Positions 39,833-51,919 of a stretch of 64,000 nucleotides of DNA are shown here, one piece after another; position 1 is the first letter of the stretch, and each line of letters starts with the position of its first letter. The translations under genes were made by a program, and so were the position numbers. Source of the stretch: Basidiobolus meristosporus CBS 931.73. Lineage: Eukaryota; Fungi; Basidiobolomycota. Location: the NCBI GenBank assembly GCA_002104905.1, contig MCFE01000047.1, positions 1 to 64,000 of the forward strand. Direction: 5' to 3'. Below the pieces are notes generated by a model. The model was not told where the DNA came from. It worked only from the letters and a program-made list of their open reading frames with translations, and searched no databases.

Positions 39833-41017
39833 TTGGTCGAAGGTGGTCCGAAAGCACTTAAAATGAGGGAGCATCGTCCGACTGGTATTTGCAATCATCA
39901 ACTCACGGTTATTAATTTTCCATCTCTGGATATGACTTATTCCTCCATATATCCCTTTTATTACGGCTCTCCCACAAAGCATGCCGATGGAGACTTCGCT
40001 GAGTTCAACTCCAATGTATGGAAAGTTAAGACCCATACTGGTCTCGGAATATCGCACACCTCAAACCCTTCGGCGCCCAAACAGTCATTGGGGAACTGCT
40101 TACCATTCAATCCAACCTACGGGCCCACCATAGATTTTAATAGTACTTACATAGACACACAAGTCAAGGTCGAGAAGCCGGAATACTTGCATTTTGATGC
40201 CCAGAACCCTCTCGTGTACGGACCAAGCTCACAGGAGGTCGCCCACCGAAAGTACTCTATTGAAAGCGTTCCCAGTCTGTACAGGGAAACCTGCTCACCT
40301 TTCGGCAATCATCTGGGCGATAACTCCTCCATAGAGAACTCCCCTCAACCGTTTTTTAGCGAGCATGATTTCATCAACTCTCCCATTGTGCAATCCCCCA
40401 AATCCACCGAATCCTACTTATGTCTGCAAGACTCAGTTTTCCATCACCCAAATGCCAAGAACACCACTGCTGCTCCTCATTATCCGAGCAGTCTGCTCCA
40501 CCCCAACCCAGTGTATCACCCATCGCTGATGTCTAGCAGCTCAGCATTTCATTTAGCAACCATGTCCCAACGTCATCACCCATATTACCCCGCTGCTCTA
40601 GATTCCCATACTCACAGTGAATATACCCATTACGAAAGGGCCGGGCATTCTCTTGACCCATCAAAAGATGTCGCAGTCAAGACGGAAGAATCCCCGCCTC
40701 GAATTAACAACCTCGAGTCGTCCCAAATAGGTGCTGGAAAACCTATAAACGTTGATCACCGCAGCAAATCATCCAACCGCCCGCCCACATCAATGATGAC
40801 CACATTCAGCTCGAAGATCATCTCGCCGACGACAAAGCGGTATCACTGCAGCATCTGCCAGAAAGGTTTTAGTCGCCCGAGCTCACTCAATACCCACATG
40901 TACTCACACACTGGGGAGAAGCCATTCCAATGCCCCTACCCAGGGTGCGGTCGTCACTTTTCGGTAGTTAGTAACCTACGACGTCACACCAAGATCCACA
41001 ATGAGAAGGCCACTTGA
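39833..41017 (+). CDS. C2H2 zinc-finger transcription factor (two C-terminal fingers), intronless; start probably ATG 39863 or 39932
   Basis: [53 protein letters not shown] after a Ser/Pro/His-rich region. Confidence 0.93.
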   Translation: MVEGGPKALKMREHRPTGICNHQLTVINFPSLDMTYSSIYPFYYGSPTKHADGDFAEFNSNVWKVKTHTGLGISHTSNPSAPKQSLGNCLPFNPTYGPTIDFNSTYIDTQVKVEKPEYLHFDAQNPLVYGPSSQEVAHRKYSIESVPSLYRETCSPFGNHLGDNSSIENSPQPFFSEHDFINSPIVQSPKSTESYLCLQDSVFHHPNAKNTTAAPHYPSSLLHPNPVYHPSLMSSSSAFHLATMSQRHHPYYPAALDSHTHSEYTHYERAGHSLDPSKDVAVKTEESPPRINNLESSQIGAGKPINVDHRSKSSNRPPTSMMTTFSSKIISPTTKRYHCSICQKGFSRPSSLNTHMYSHTGEKPFQCPYPGCGRHFSVVSNLRRHTKIHNEKAT

Positions 41018-41473
41018 AGTGGAATCATCTTCTCGCCCGCGCCCGCACCCGCACTCGTCTATACCATACATGCAAAAGTCCGTGGAAAAGCAAGCCATTG
41101 AGGTTCATTGCCTGGCATAATGAAGTGTACTGCCCTCTACTTTGCAAACACCTTGAATTGTATCATTTTGTTTCCAATATAAACCGTTTATTTATTGATA
41201 TATCGACCCGCTCTCAGAGGCTCCGCTGAAGTTCTAGTAAATTAATTATCAACAAACTGAAATCATTATAAATTGGCTGAACTCCCTATTATACATTCAA
41301 ATACGTTTCCCGCATCAGGTGGTGCTACAGGCTGAAGGAATGCCTTATATTACATGGACCGACCAAATTCCCCTCTAGTTGATACAACAATGCAGGCGGC
41401 TGCTGGGTATCTGTGAATCATCGGACAAGCTGGCCCACATCACGCAGTAAGCGATCACCGCCCTGTCCATTGA

Positions 41474-42433
41474 TCATGTTTTCTTTAGATTGTGGATCTT
41501 CGTGTGGCGTCTGAGGTTACTTAGCACGGAAAACTGCCTTCCGCAGCCATCGAATGGGCATCTGAACGGTTTCTCTCCGGTGTGAGAGTAGATATGGGTG
41601 GTGAGCGAGCTGGGCCTGCTGAAGCTCTTCTGGCAGATCAGGCATTGGTATTTTTTCGATTGCGCACGACTCACACCAGAACTTGGGCTTCCGATGGGGT
41701 TGGGATGTATGACCAGAGAATGATCGTACCCGGGCGTATCGCAGGCTAGGCCCTGCTGCTCGACAGCCAGGTAATTCCCCGCTTCATCAGGAAATTCTTG
41801 GATATGGGTGAAATTCTCTTGGTAATATTGGGCACCAAGTGGTGTTTCAGTTTTTTCTTGATAACCGCCTTCTGTAGGGAACCCGGCGACAGAGTCGGTG
41901 GATATAGGAGCGAACCCTGGCTCAACCCTTTTGAAGCCGTCGTTCACTGGCGCTTGGGAAATATCCGAACCTTGGGCTGAGGTGAACATTGTTTCTACGT
42001 AGTTATTGAATCGTTGCGAGTCTAGGCGAATTAATGGTTGTGGAATGCTTTCGCCAGGGTGGGGGGAATACTGTTCGACAGCAGTGAAGTGGCGGGAGTG
42101 GGCATCCACTAACAATGGCTCTGAGAAGGAGCTTATCTTCATGTATGGTTGGCAGGGTGTTTGGTCCCAGTCGCATATGACCGAAGAGAAGGGAAGGGGG
42201 AAATTAGGCGAGGTAGAGTTCGTGAGCAAAAAGACATCTTCCGCCTTAATCTCGGTGTTCATACCGTTTCCAAGGAAGAAAACTGAGCCTGCTGCCTCTT
42301 CTGGATTCGACTCTGATTCTCGTAGTAGCGCGGTGGTCGCGTTTTTGGATAGGAGGTTGGAGTATTCACGATACGATCTCTCGTCTAATGGTAGAGTTGG
42401 GCACAGATTTAGGTTCCTATAGGTTTTATGCAT
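41474..42433 (-). CDS. C2H2 zinc-finger transcription factor, paralogue of 39833-41017
   Basis: [53 protein letters not shown]; first in-frame ATG at 42433. Confidence 0.92.
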   Translation of the reverse strand: MHKTYRNLNLCPTLPLDERSYREYSNLLSKNATTALLRESESNPEEAAGSVFFLGNGMNTEIKAEDVFLLTNSTSPNFPLPFSSVICDWDQTPCQPYMKISSFSEPLLVDAHSRHFTAVEQYSPHPGESIPQPLIRLDSQRFNNYVETMFTSAQGSDISQAPVNDGFKRVEPGFAPISTDSVAGFPTEGGYQEKTETPLGAQYYQENFTHIQEFPDEAGNYLAVEQQGLACDTPGYDHSLVIHPNPIGSPSSGVSRAQSKKYQCLICQKSFSRPSSLTTHIYSHTGEKPFRCPFDGCGRQFSVLSNLRRHTKIHNLKKT

Positions 42434-43938
42434 AATGGTTTTCCTTACAAAGCTACTGAAGAGTGACCTGTCTCGGAAAGATGGATGAAGGGTCACTCCA
42501 TGGAGATAGAAAGAAGGAACAGAAACGAAGAGATCTACAAGCGGCTGTTTATTTAACAGAATCACCGCATCGATGCATGCTAAACAAGTGGATTAAATTT
42601 TCGAGGGGTATATTGAGCGATGCCCTCCCCTCCAATTGTATTGGATGCTTTGACGCAATCCTAATAGGTGAATAAGTACTCACCTATTTCGTACCAAGGA
42701 TACCTGACATTGCTGTGCTTCCACCCATCATTTCAAATACGATGCATGCTGATTGTTTCTGTTGTATAGTGGAGTTCTCCATGATTGAAAGTGGGATGTT
42801 TCCACTTCTCCACTACTCTGTTTTCTCCATTAGTATGGCCACCATGAAACCAAGGCTCAGGCCATTCGCGTCTTCAACATGTAGAGGATTCTAGGGGTGA
42901 ATTCCAAACAATGCCAAGTTTCAGAGCAGTAGTGATCCATGTGATTTGAGGGGCTTGTAGAGCACCATTGCTACATGCAGTAGCAAGGGACTCGAACGCA
43001 GAAAGGTAGGGACGCGACTCATCACTTACTTCCCAGGATGCAGGGCTTTGATCGCCATCTCAGGATTGCTTTCACTGGCACTGAGAGCTGCGATCACCAC
43101 GGTGTTTCATATCTAAGACCATCATCTATGGTGCATGCATGGAAGGCCATATCTATTTTCTACGGTGCATGCTCTGAATGCTGCTCCTATTCAATCAAAA
43201 ACATGAGCTATTGATTTAAGGGCTTTCCAAACTAGCATTGAAATTGGGCCGTTCTAGTCATTACTTGCTGTTCTTCTCCCTAATTTTTAGAACGCGTTGT
43301 CGGTAGATGGTTTATACAGATGAAACTTAGGGGTTCGTTGTATTCAAGCTTTTCATCATGTGGCACGACTCTGAGACTAACCATACAAAAACTCGCCAAG
43401 GCCAATCAGGATGCGAGCGGGTGTCAATGTACTTGACTTGAGTGTGGTCGTGTTTTTTTCCTTAGATAGAAGTCTCATTTCAACTCCAATCCTAACCAAT
43501 CGGGATGATCAGCCTCAGATCGAATACAGATCACCATAGCAAGCTTTCCCTGTAGTCCACGTGATATGCCTAATCGAATCAACCTTATTTTATCGAATTG
43601 CTAGCGATTTCGAGTCTTGGTTTAACGCTATCCTCACTATGGCAAAAAAGAATGGTGCAAGCGGTCCAGAGCCTGCCATGGTCAATGCCTTACTTTCTTT
43701 CCACTCCCAATACTCGATGAGCGTTGGAATCTGCCACCACAGACCTCATTTTACGCAATTTCCCTGTAAATGAATGGAATAATTGTTGTTACGAGTATGA
43801 TGTATGCCCAGGTTTGTAGCCAACCAATCATCTTATATATTTTTTCATGACGTCGCACCTGACCTATTTCGTTGGAGCTCGAAATCACAATACTAATTCT
43901 CGCCAAACCTCCCTTACCTCACTACACCTTACTTTCCA

Positions 43939-44719
43939 ATGGGTAACTTGTTCGTAGACACAATAGTGGTGACAATGACTTACTGAATGGCTTTTTAACG
44001 TTCTCTAGCGGCACCACAACCACAACAGCAGCAACTTCAAGCCTGGTTCCAAACAGTTGATGCGTATGTACTACTGGCCAATGAGCTTCCTCTCCCTTTA
44101 CTTACTCCAGTTAATATAGCGATAACAGTGGAGGCATCACTGCTGATGAGCTTCAGAAGGCTCTCCTAAACGGTAATTTACCAAAGATGATTAGCGTAGG
44201 ATTGTCTTGTATTTCTAACTGCTTGTTCCATATATCTAGGCGACTGGAGTCCTTTCAATATTGAAACCGTCCGTATGATGATTAACATGTTCGACCGAGA
44301 TGATAGCGGAACCATCAACTTCCAAGAATTTTGCGGTCTATGGAAGTATATTGAAGACTGGAAGAAATGCTTCATGAGCTTCGACCAAGACCGCAGCGGC
44401 TCTATCGATCAGAACGAGCTGAAGAATGCGATGGTTACATTCGGCTACAATCTCAGTGACCGCTTTCTCTCCTTGATTATTCGTAAATACGATAAAAAAG
44501 GTAATGATTCTCAAATATAGATACCCCAGCGAGCATCGATTCGTTCGTTAACCTTCATCCGCTTTAGGCACCGGAAACATCACCTTTGACAATTTCATTC
44601 AAGCAAGTGTCACCGTCAAGACCCTTACTGACTCGTTCAGAAGATTCGACACCGATTCTGATGGTTGGGTCAACATCAACTATGAGCAATTCTTGGAGCT
44701 TGTAGTTGCTAACCGCTAA
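43939..44719 (+). CDS. penta-EF-hand protein (ALG-2/peflin/Pef1 family), copy 1, 4 introns
   Basis: M|AAPQPQQQQLQAWFQTVDA|DNSGGITADELQKALLN|GDWSPFNIETVRMMINMFDRDDSGTINFQEF..FDTDSDGWVNINYEQFLELVVANR*. Confidence 0.93.
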
Positions 44720-44860
44720 ATGGTTTTTATTATTCATTAATTCTCCCCGTGACCACTTGAAGACGGCTAAATAAAGTCTTTGATGGTTATACTGAATTTT
44801 GGATCTGGTATGGGGGTTTATTAAGGCTGTCCGCATCCCGGCAGCGGTTTGAAGTGATGA

Positions 44861-45735
44861 TTAACGGTTGCTAACAACAAGCTCCAGAAACTAACATGGA
44901 AGTGAGAAACATGGGCGGTTGTAAGGTGCTCAGGTGTACGTCTTACCTCTTCGTAACTGATATCGATACGGCCGTCCGAGTTGTCATCGAAACGACGAAA
45001 CGCGGTGGTCAACATCTGGATGGTGACGCAGATTTGGATGAAATTATCGAAAGTAACTTCACCATCATTTGGCTGGCCAGACTTCATTTTCCGGGCTATC
45101 AGAATGAAGGATTACTAATGGGAGGCGAGAGGGTTTCAGGAATTCCCATGCGATTACCATGTTTGTCATATTTACGGATCAAGGATTGGATGAATCCTGG
45201 ACTAAGGTTAAACCCGAAAGTACGTAACGCATTCTGAAGCTCGTTCTTATCGATGGTTCCGCTACGGTTTTGGTCGAAGCCAAGGAAACAGCGACGCCAA
45301 TCGTCAATATACTTCCAGAGCGCCATGAACTCTGGGAAACCGATGGTGCCACTATCATCCTTGTCGAACATGTTAATCATCAGTCTGACGGTTTCCAAAT
45401 TGAACGGAGTCCAATCCCCTATCGACCAAGGAGTCCGCATAAGCACAGAACCACATTCAGTCTCGGTACGGAAGTTAATTAGACGCCAACTCCGACTTAC
45501 CATTCAGGAGGGCCTTTTGAAGTTCATCTGCAGTGACCTGACCGCTACCGTCACTAGAAACTGTGTAAGGCTGGAGGCTCTACTACATCACATACAACGA
45601 AACGACACCTACGCGTCCACCTGCTTGAACCAAGTCTGCAATTGTTGTTCGCCTATTGGAAAGGAATAGATGTCAGGGCGGACTGTAGCTGGAAACGGGC
45701 ATTCCCAAGCAGAGCTTACCTGGAAGAGCACTCAT
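44861..45735 (-). CDS. penta-EF-hand protein, copy 2 (convergent with copy 1)
   Basis: MSALP|GEQQLQTWFKQVDA|..GDWTPFNLETVRLMINMFDKDDSGTIGFPEF..FDDNSDGRIDISYEE|FLELVVSNR*. Confidence 0.9.
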
Positions 45736-45989
45736 GCTTATGCGGCAGAGACGGTGGTGGTCAGGAATTTATACGAATTGGGGGACAAACTCGATCGCAC
45801 CATCATTACCAATCAAATGGCGATCGGAAATGAAGCAGATTTCGTATGAAAGAAGACCTGTGTACAAGACCAGACCTTTATTTGCCTTGGAAAACATTAG
45901 GAAAACAAAATGCAGTATTGTCTATTAAAATACATGAATGAATGGATTTGTATTGACAGTGGAAATGGGAGGTATCAAGAGGCTTGGCT

Positions 45990-48173
45990 CTAAACGGCAC
46001 AAAGGATGTCCGGATACTCAGATTGCACTAGGTCAATAATCTCTTGAGTATCTAACGGGCGATGTTTGATTTGATTCAGAAGGGTTTGCAAGGATTTCGA
46101 GCTGGGCTTGACCCCGTGCTCCTTCATCTCCGACGTAAATACCCCCTTCGCTTCGTTAAACGCTTCGAATTTGCATAGAGCCTCCATGTAAGCGTTGAAG
46201 TTATTTTCACTCAATGGAAAATGTTCGTCCTTCAGCCTATTCCAAATACTGTGCAGGGTCTCAAGATCCCCATTCGTTCCGCACGAGTCCAATAGGGTAG
46301 ACACATGCGCGACAAGTTGCTTTGCGGGAAAGATTTCTCTGGCCGCCTTCCAGACTTCGAGAGTTTTGGCCCCGTCTCCCATGAAGCTATGATAATTCAT
46401 CAGTATTCCGTAAGTAAACGCATCGGACGGAAGCTTTCTCCCCGTCATCTCACGGTAAAACGGCATGAATTGCTCCAATTTGAAGTTGGAAATGCATCCG
46501 TTCATCATGATGTTGAATGTACTGGTTATCAACGGGACGTGGTTCTTCTTCATTTGCTCGAGCATGTGGAGGGCTTGGTCGAATCTAGAGTTCTTCATGT
46601 ACCCGTCGATCAGCCCGTTATACGTAAGGGAGTTGGGTCGGAGCCCAACCGCCTGCATCTCTTCGAACAGCTCGATAGCCCTGTCCATACTCGAGTGCTT
46701 ACCATAACCATTGATGAGGACTGTATATGTCTTCACATTCGGCGCTATCTGATGCGCTTTCATCAACTTGAACAACTCAGAAGCCTGGTCCAGCTGATCG
46801 ATTTTGATGTAGCCGTCGATGAGCGTTGTGTAGGTAGCTACATCTGGTTGAAGGCTATGGCTCACCATCTCACCAAAGATGGCGCTTGCCTGCTCCATGT
46901 CACGGGACTTCGCGAAGGCATGTATGAGGGAATTGAATGTGATGGTATCTGGCTTGATGCTCCGTGAAAGCATGTCTTGATATAGCTTCCATGCGTTCTC
47001 AACATCTCCTCGCTTGGCAAACGCCCCGATGAGGATGCTGTAGGTCCTTTCGTTGGGTAAAACTCCTTTCGAGAGCATGCCCTCGAAATACTCCATCGCC
47101 TTTTCAAAGTTCTGGTTTCGAACGAAACCTTGGATCAATGTTGAGTAAGTGACTACGTTGGGAGTAACACCCTGCTTGATCATCTCCTCGAGAAGAAGCA
47201 CTGCCTCGTTTAAGCAAGACTTCCGGGTATATCCCTTAAGGAGAATAGAGTATGTCCATATGTTAGGTAAGAGTCCGAGTCGAGTCATGTCGTTGAAGGC
47301 ATTGGTGGCCTGCTCCAGACTCCCGCAGTTGATTAATGCGTCGATCAGCACGGAGTAGGTGGTGATGTCTGGGACAATGCGCTGGTCCATCATTTCTTTA
47401 TATATACGTGTGGCCTGGTCGATGTTTGAGGCTTTACAACATGAATAGAGCAACAAAGAGTACGTCTCGTTGTTGGGGAGCACTTTGATTTTCTTCATAT
47501 CCGCATAAATACTCATGACCCGGTCGAACTCCTCGTACTTGTTCGAGATCTTCATGAGAGCATTGCAGGTGGTGGCATCCGATAAAATTCCATGCTGCAG
47601 CAACATCCGGTACAACTGAAAACTGAGCGCAGGCGAGTTTCGACTCAGACTAGAAATCAGCTCAATATAGAGATCGGAGGTCGGCTTAAGCCTCTTTTGA
47701 AGCATTTGCTGTAGTGTTTCTTCCACGCGCTTGACGTCTCCCCTTCTCGCGTGATGTAGAGCAAGCGCACCGAACTCGGCGCTAGAGGTAAGCTTTATAT
47801 CGTTTCGTTCAATGTATGCAATAATTCGCTGACATCTTTCGACAGCGTTTGGGTCTTTTCCCTTCACTATCAAACGCAATAGAAGGGCAACTTGCTTGGA
47901 GGGTAGGATTTCGGTCAAGTCGTGCTCGTAGATCTCGCTAAAAATCTTCCAAGCTCTAACCGAATCACGCTGACGTACTGCGGTTTCAATGCTGGGAGTG
48001 GGAGGGATTTTGGTGGTGAATCGGTTGTACCTTGAAGCTAAACGAATTTGATTGCGAGAATCTATTAAAGGAGGGGATGGCGGCACTCTAAGAAAACTTG
48101 GCTTTGGGAGATTCTTTTGGATTATGGTGGATATTCCACGTCCCAAAGCCGGCACTCGCCCAAGCTGGGACAT
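45990..48173 (-). CDS. P-type pentatricopeptide-repeat (PPR) protein, about 14 or more repeats, probable mitochondrial presequence
   Basis: Consecutive exact 35-aa units such as VVTYSTLIQGFVRNQNFEKAMEYFEGMLSKGVLPN; Arg/Ser/Leu-rich N-terminus. Confidence 0.95.
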   Translation of the reverse strand: MSQLGRVPALGRGISTIIQKNLPKPSFLRVPPSPPLIDSRNQIRLASRYNRFTTKIPPTPSIETAVRQRDSVRAWKIFSEIYEHDLTEILPSKQVALLLRLIVKGKDPNAVERCQRIIAYIERNDIKLTSSAEFGALALHHARRGDVKRVEETLQQMLQKRLKPTSDLYIELISSLSRNSPALSFQLYRMLLQHGILSDATTCNALMKISNKYEEFDRVMSIYADMKKIKVLPNNETYSLLLYSCCKASNIDQATRIYKEMMDQRIVPDITTYSVLIDALINCGSLEQATNAFNDMTRLGLLPNIWTYSILLKGYTRKSCLNEAVLLLEEMIKQGVTPNVVTYSTLIQGFVRNQNFEKAMEYFEGMLSKGVLPNERTYSILIGAFAKRGDVENAWKLYQDMLSRSIKPDTITFNSLIHAFAKSRDMEQASAIFGEMVSHSLQPDVATYTTLIDGYIKIDQLDQASELFKLMKAHQIAPNVKTYTVLINGYGKHSSMDRAIELFEEMQAVGLRPNSLTYNGLIDGYMKNSRFDQALHMLEQMKKNHVPLITSTFNIMMNGCISNFKLEQFMPFYREMTGRKLPSDAFTYGILMNYHSFMGDGAKTLEVWKAAREIFPAKQLVAHVSTLLDSCGTNGDLETLHSIWNRLKDEHFPLSENNFNAYMEALCKFEAFNEAKGVFTSEMKEHGVKPSSKSLQTLLNQIKHRPLDTQEIIDLVQSEYPDILCAV

Positions 48174-48450
48174 GGTGGTTAATGGCAGCCAAGAAGGTAA
48201 ATTTTTTGTGTTTTGTTTGGGGCGAAGACCTCTTGCTATATTCCTAAATCGAGGGCAACCTTCTCAGCACGGTTTCATAGAAATTTTCACGGGGAATCAA
48301 ATTTTATTGAGTGATTTAGGCTGTGTGTGATTTGAAACACTCGGATTTCTCCCGCATCCCAAAAAATCCCATTTTGATCCAGATAACGCTGAATAATGAT
48401 CCAACAAATGAGTCTGAATTCCTGGCAAATGGATGGGGAAACTGGTTGGT

Positions 48451-50521
48451 TCATCTTTCCCCCACAAGTTTTCGGTGAAAATATGCCATTCTTTCACTCA
48501 GCGATTTTTTCATCTCACCTAACTTGGATGTGAAATGCTCGATGAACTTCTCCGAGAACTGGCTCAAAGGCTGTCTTGCTGTTTGAAGCCTTCGCCGAAG
48601 CTTGGTACGAAAGTGCATCCTTTTCTCCGCTAGACAGTGGAGATAGGCTTGGATGCGCAACCTGAGGCTTGCTATGGCTGCACGCAATTTCCTCTGCAGT
48701 TCGAGCGCCAGCATGACCGAACTATGCTTGATTTCCTTGACTCGGCATTGAACAGCGAAATTTGTACATCCATTAGGGTGGTGTGGATTAACAATCCGTG
48801 CAGGTCGAGGCTCGTTTCGAATATCCAATAAAGTAGCTTGTGCATTTGTTGGAGTCTGGAGAACCGAGTCTGTTGGTCGTACAATAGGCTCTGGTGGCAA
48901 TGGTGCTTCTATCAGTGTCTGATTACTATAAATAGCCAATCCCATTGTTTTATAGACTGGCTGTGTGGGATTCATGATTTTCGAGGATGTTGCGTTGTTG
49001 CTTAAATCTGGCTCGGAGACGTCAGATTCTATCCTGCCAAATAGTGACTGTAATGGGTTAGGACTGCACGTGGTTAAAGAAATGGTGGTTGCGACGGAGA
49101 TAGGTGCTGTCGATGAGTAGGGTGCTCCGTCTTGGTCTCCGTTAGCAGTGGTTGTAGTCTGATTGGCATTGGGGCATTGATCACTCTTAATATCAGCACC
49201 AGGGCTTGACCATAGTAACCAGCAGGCCAAGATGGAGAAAAATAGGAAGGTAGCAGACCATCGGATATGTGCCCATCTATTGTGTTTTTCTGGGGATGTG
49301 GCTCGCTTACTTTCCGCTTCGAGTGCATTGTGGTGAAGTTCCAAAACACGTTTGTATATGCTTCGGCTATTCAGCAAGGTGAATTCAGCGGTCGTAAGCA
49401 GTGTTTTAAAGCATGCATCTTCCTTGTATGGCAATAACCCATGTGCCAATAGTATATAGGAGTCTACAAAGGAGTGAATGCTGATAGCATTTCTTTCAAG
49501 TGTCTCCAGGATTGATGCTCGACACTTGGCAATTTCATAACCATCCAGTGCCTCCGCTCCGACTAATATAGGGACGATACTAGTTTTCTGCGCGACGAGT
49601 CTCATCCCCACGATGTCCTCTGGTTTTAGACAAGGAGTAACGAGATAGAAGCAAACGTCCACTCCATTGTGGAGTTGCTGTGTATTGGGGGTATCTTGGT
49701 CAAGAAGATTGCCAACCTGAATATAAACCCCGCTGTCCTCATAACGCACCGCCGCACTCCGTACCGTATCACGATCGTAAAGAATGGATGTAGGCAGTAC
49801 CACATAATTAATGCTAACTTTTTGTCTAGGTCTAAGGGAGTGAAATAAAGATTGACTATTAACAGGTGACGGCTCAAATAGATGAATAAGAGAATGACTG
49901 ATTTTCTCCAGGATTTGTTCTTTATCATCACGATTGCTGTTGGTTCCCATAAACAGAATATGCAAAGTCAGAGGCAGCTTGATAAGTGCTACATCATAAT
50001 CGGTATGTTGGGAGGATGTACATCTGGATCCCAGATTTGGCTCACTAAATTGGTGGTGGTAAGCGCCAGCACATAGTAAGGCCGCAATAGCAACAAGTAC
50101 CTTATTTCGCCATCACAGGCCGCTATGTCTTTTCGTTCTCCCACTTTGCTCTCCTCTGAAGTCATCGTAGTTGATGGCAGCACATCATTCTCAGGAAACA
50201 ATTCGTTGTCTTCCCGGCCTTGATCAAGTGCTTGACTGATCGTTTTGTCACCAAGTGCAAAAAGAACGTGAATATAGAGTCTTTACATGATGGAATATAG
50301 CCTCCTTACATTTGGTGTGAGGAGAGGAAGGCTGGTGGCGAAAAACCATTAAGTTCAGTAAAAGTGGGCGGTTCGGTGACGATGCTAGAGTTTTCAGAGG
50401 AGCAGTCATTCAAGCTCAGCGAATGCCAAGAGGTGGCTTCCTCAACGACCTCGAAATCCGAATAGTCTGAGCCTATCGAGTGAGAGTTCTCAAAGTTACC
50501 ACACTCCTCTGGAAAAGACAT
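48451..50521 (-). CDS. degenerate septin-like domain protein with a transmembrane helix and basic C-terminal helices; 2 introns
   Basis: Exons join in frame from ATG 50521. VDVCFYLVTPCLKPEDIVGMRLVAQKTSIVPILVGAEAL..CRASILETLERNAISIHSF resembles the septin core. Hydrophobic WSATFLFFSILACWLLW follows. Confidence 0.7.
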
Positions 50522-51919
50522 CCTTCTTGCCGTCCACGTCACTGAAATAAATAAAAAGAACGGCCAACCTCAAGAAAGTTTAGTGCTCACTCTAACAGTT
50601 CAACTTTGCTGGTTAAGGTGTTGGTCGGTTGCCCTTAAGTAGAAGGTACAGTATAAGCTGGCAGTAAATAGGAAACCTCAAAAATATACAGCGACTATAG
50701 TTCAATAGAAGAGCTCTGATACTACATACAAGGGCCTTTCCACTGGCAATTCCTGGGAACGGAATTTGATATACTCTATGGAATGGGTTCTTAGGTTAGT
50801 GCGATGTGACTGTTGCACTTTATATAGCATTGATCACCAAAAGCTTGGTGAAGGGAAAGAATGCGATAATTTAGACCACAAGATGATCTACCTACCCATT
50901 TATTGTTGCTATAGAGATAACCAATCAACATAGTTGGTGATTAAAGAACTAACAAAGATGTGGCTGGGGTGCAATAATGCTGGGCGGAGTAACTATCGAG
51001 CCAGAATATTCATGGAATCATGGCAACAATCACGTGAGCAGTCTAATTCAACTAGCGTAATATGATCATAAATAGGAAGTTGAGTCATAGTGCGGCCCAA
51101 ATGGGAGTACAAATGTAGACGCCATGTAGGAGCCAATTCAGACTATGTCAGTTCAATAAGTAAAAGGGTAGCACAGACAAGCCAATCATGAAGCGTAGGG
51201 TTAGGTGATTGCTTGACGATAGGGTTACTTGCCAAATATCAATGGTGGCGAATTTCTTACGATCTTTGTATCTATTGAACGCTTTTGAATGCCTCATTAA
51301 TAATTGATAATGCTCCAATTGCCATACCCTTTTTTAAGACTCCGAATTTACCACCCTAAATTCATCCCCCTGTGTCTGCTAGTTTAACTTTTTTTACCAA
51401 GGCCTCCCTTCGTCTCGACTTGATATTAGCCACTCAACTCTTATTCATCATTTGTAGTTGGAACTAAGCAAGACTTCACTTTTTATTGCCCGCCCTCTTT
51501 GCATAAGTGATCATCCTGAACTAGGTGTATGTATATTTTTTATTGTTTACGTATTCTCTAGCAACGAGAATTAGTAATAATTTGATTGTAGGGAAGTTCC
51601 CGCATCAGACGCAACTCTTGACCGGTTCACTTCAAGTACCAACAAACTAAGCATATACATTTCCTTTTGTTGCTGGTACTTTTTTATAAAGTAAGTTTTC
51701 CACCCTGGAACTGCTTCTAATTTACCTCAATTTAACTATGAATCATGTCTCGGTCTTAGGAAATCGAGGCTTTGTTATGATTTCTGTCCCTAATCCAGAT
51801 ACCAATTTCCAGAACAACGTAATAGGTAAAAGAACTGCTAGTTTGAGTGAAATCAAAGCAATAACTAATTTCTGTGTATAGCGCCAACTCAAAATTCCTT
51901 ATTAAATTCCACACATCCG

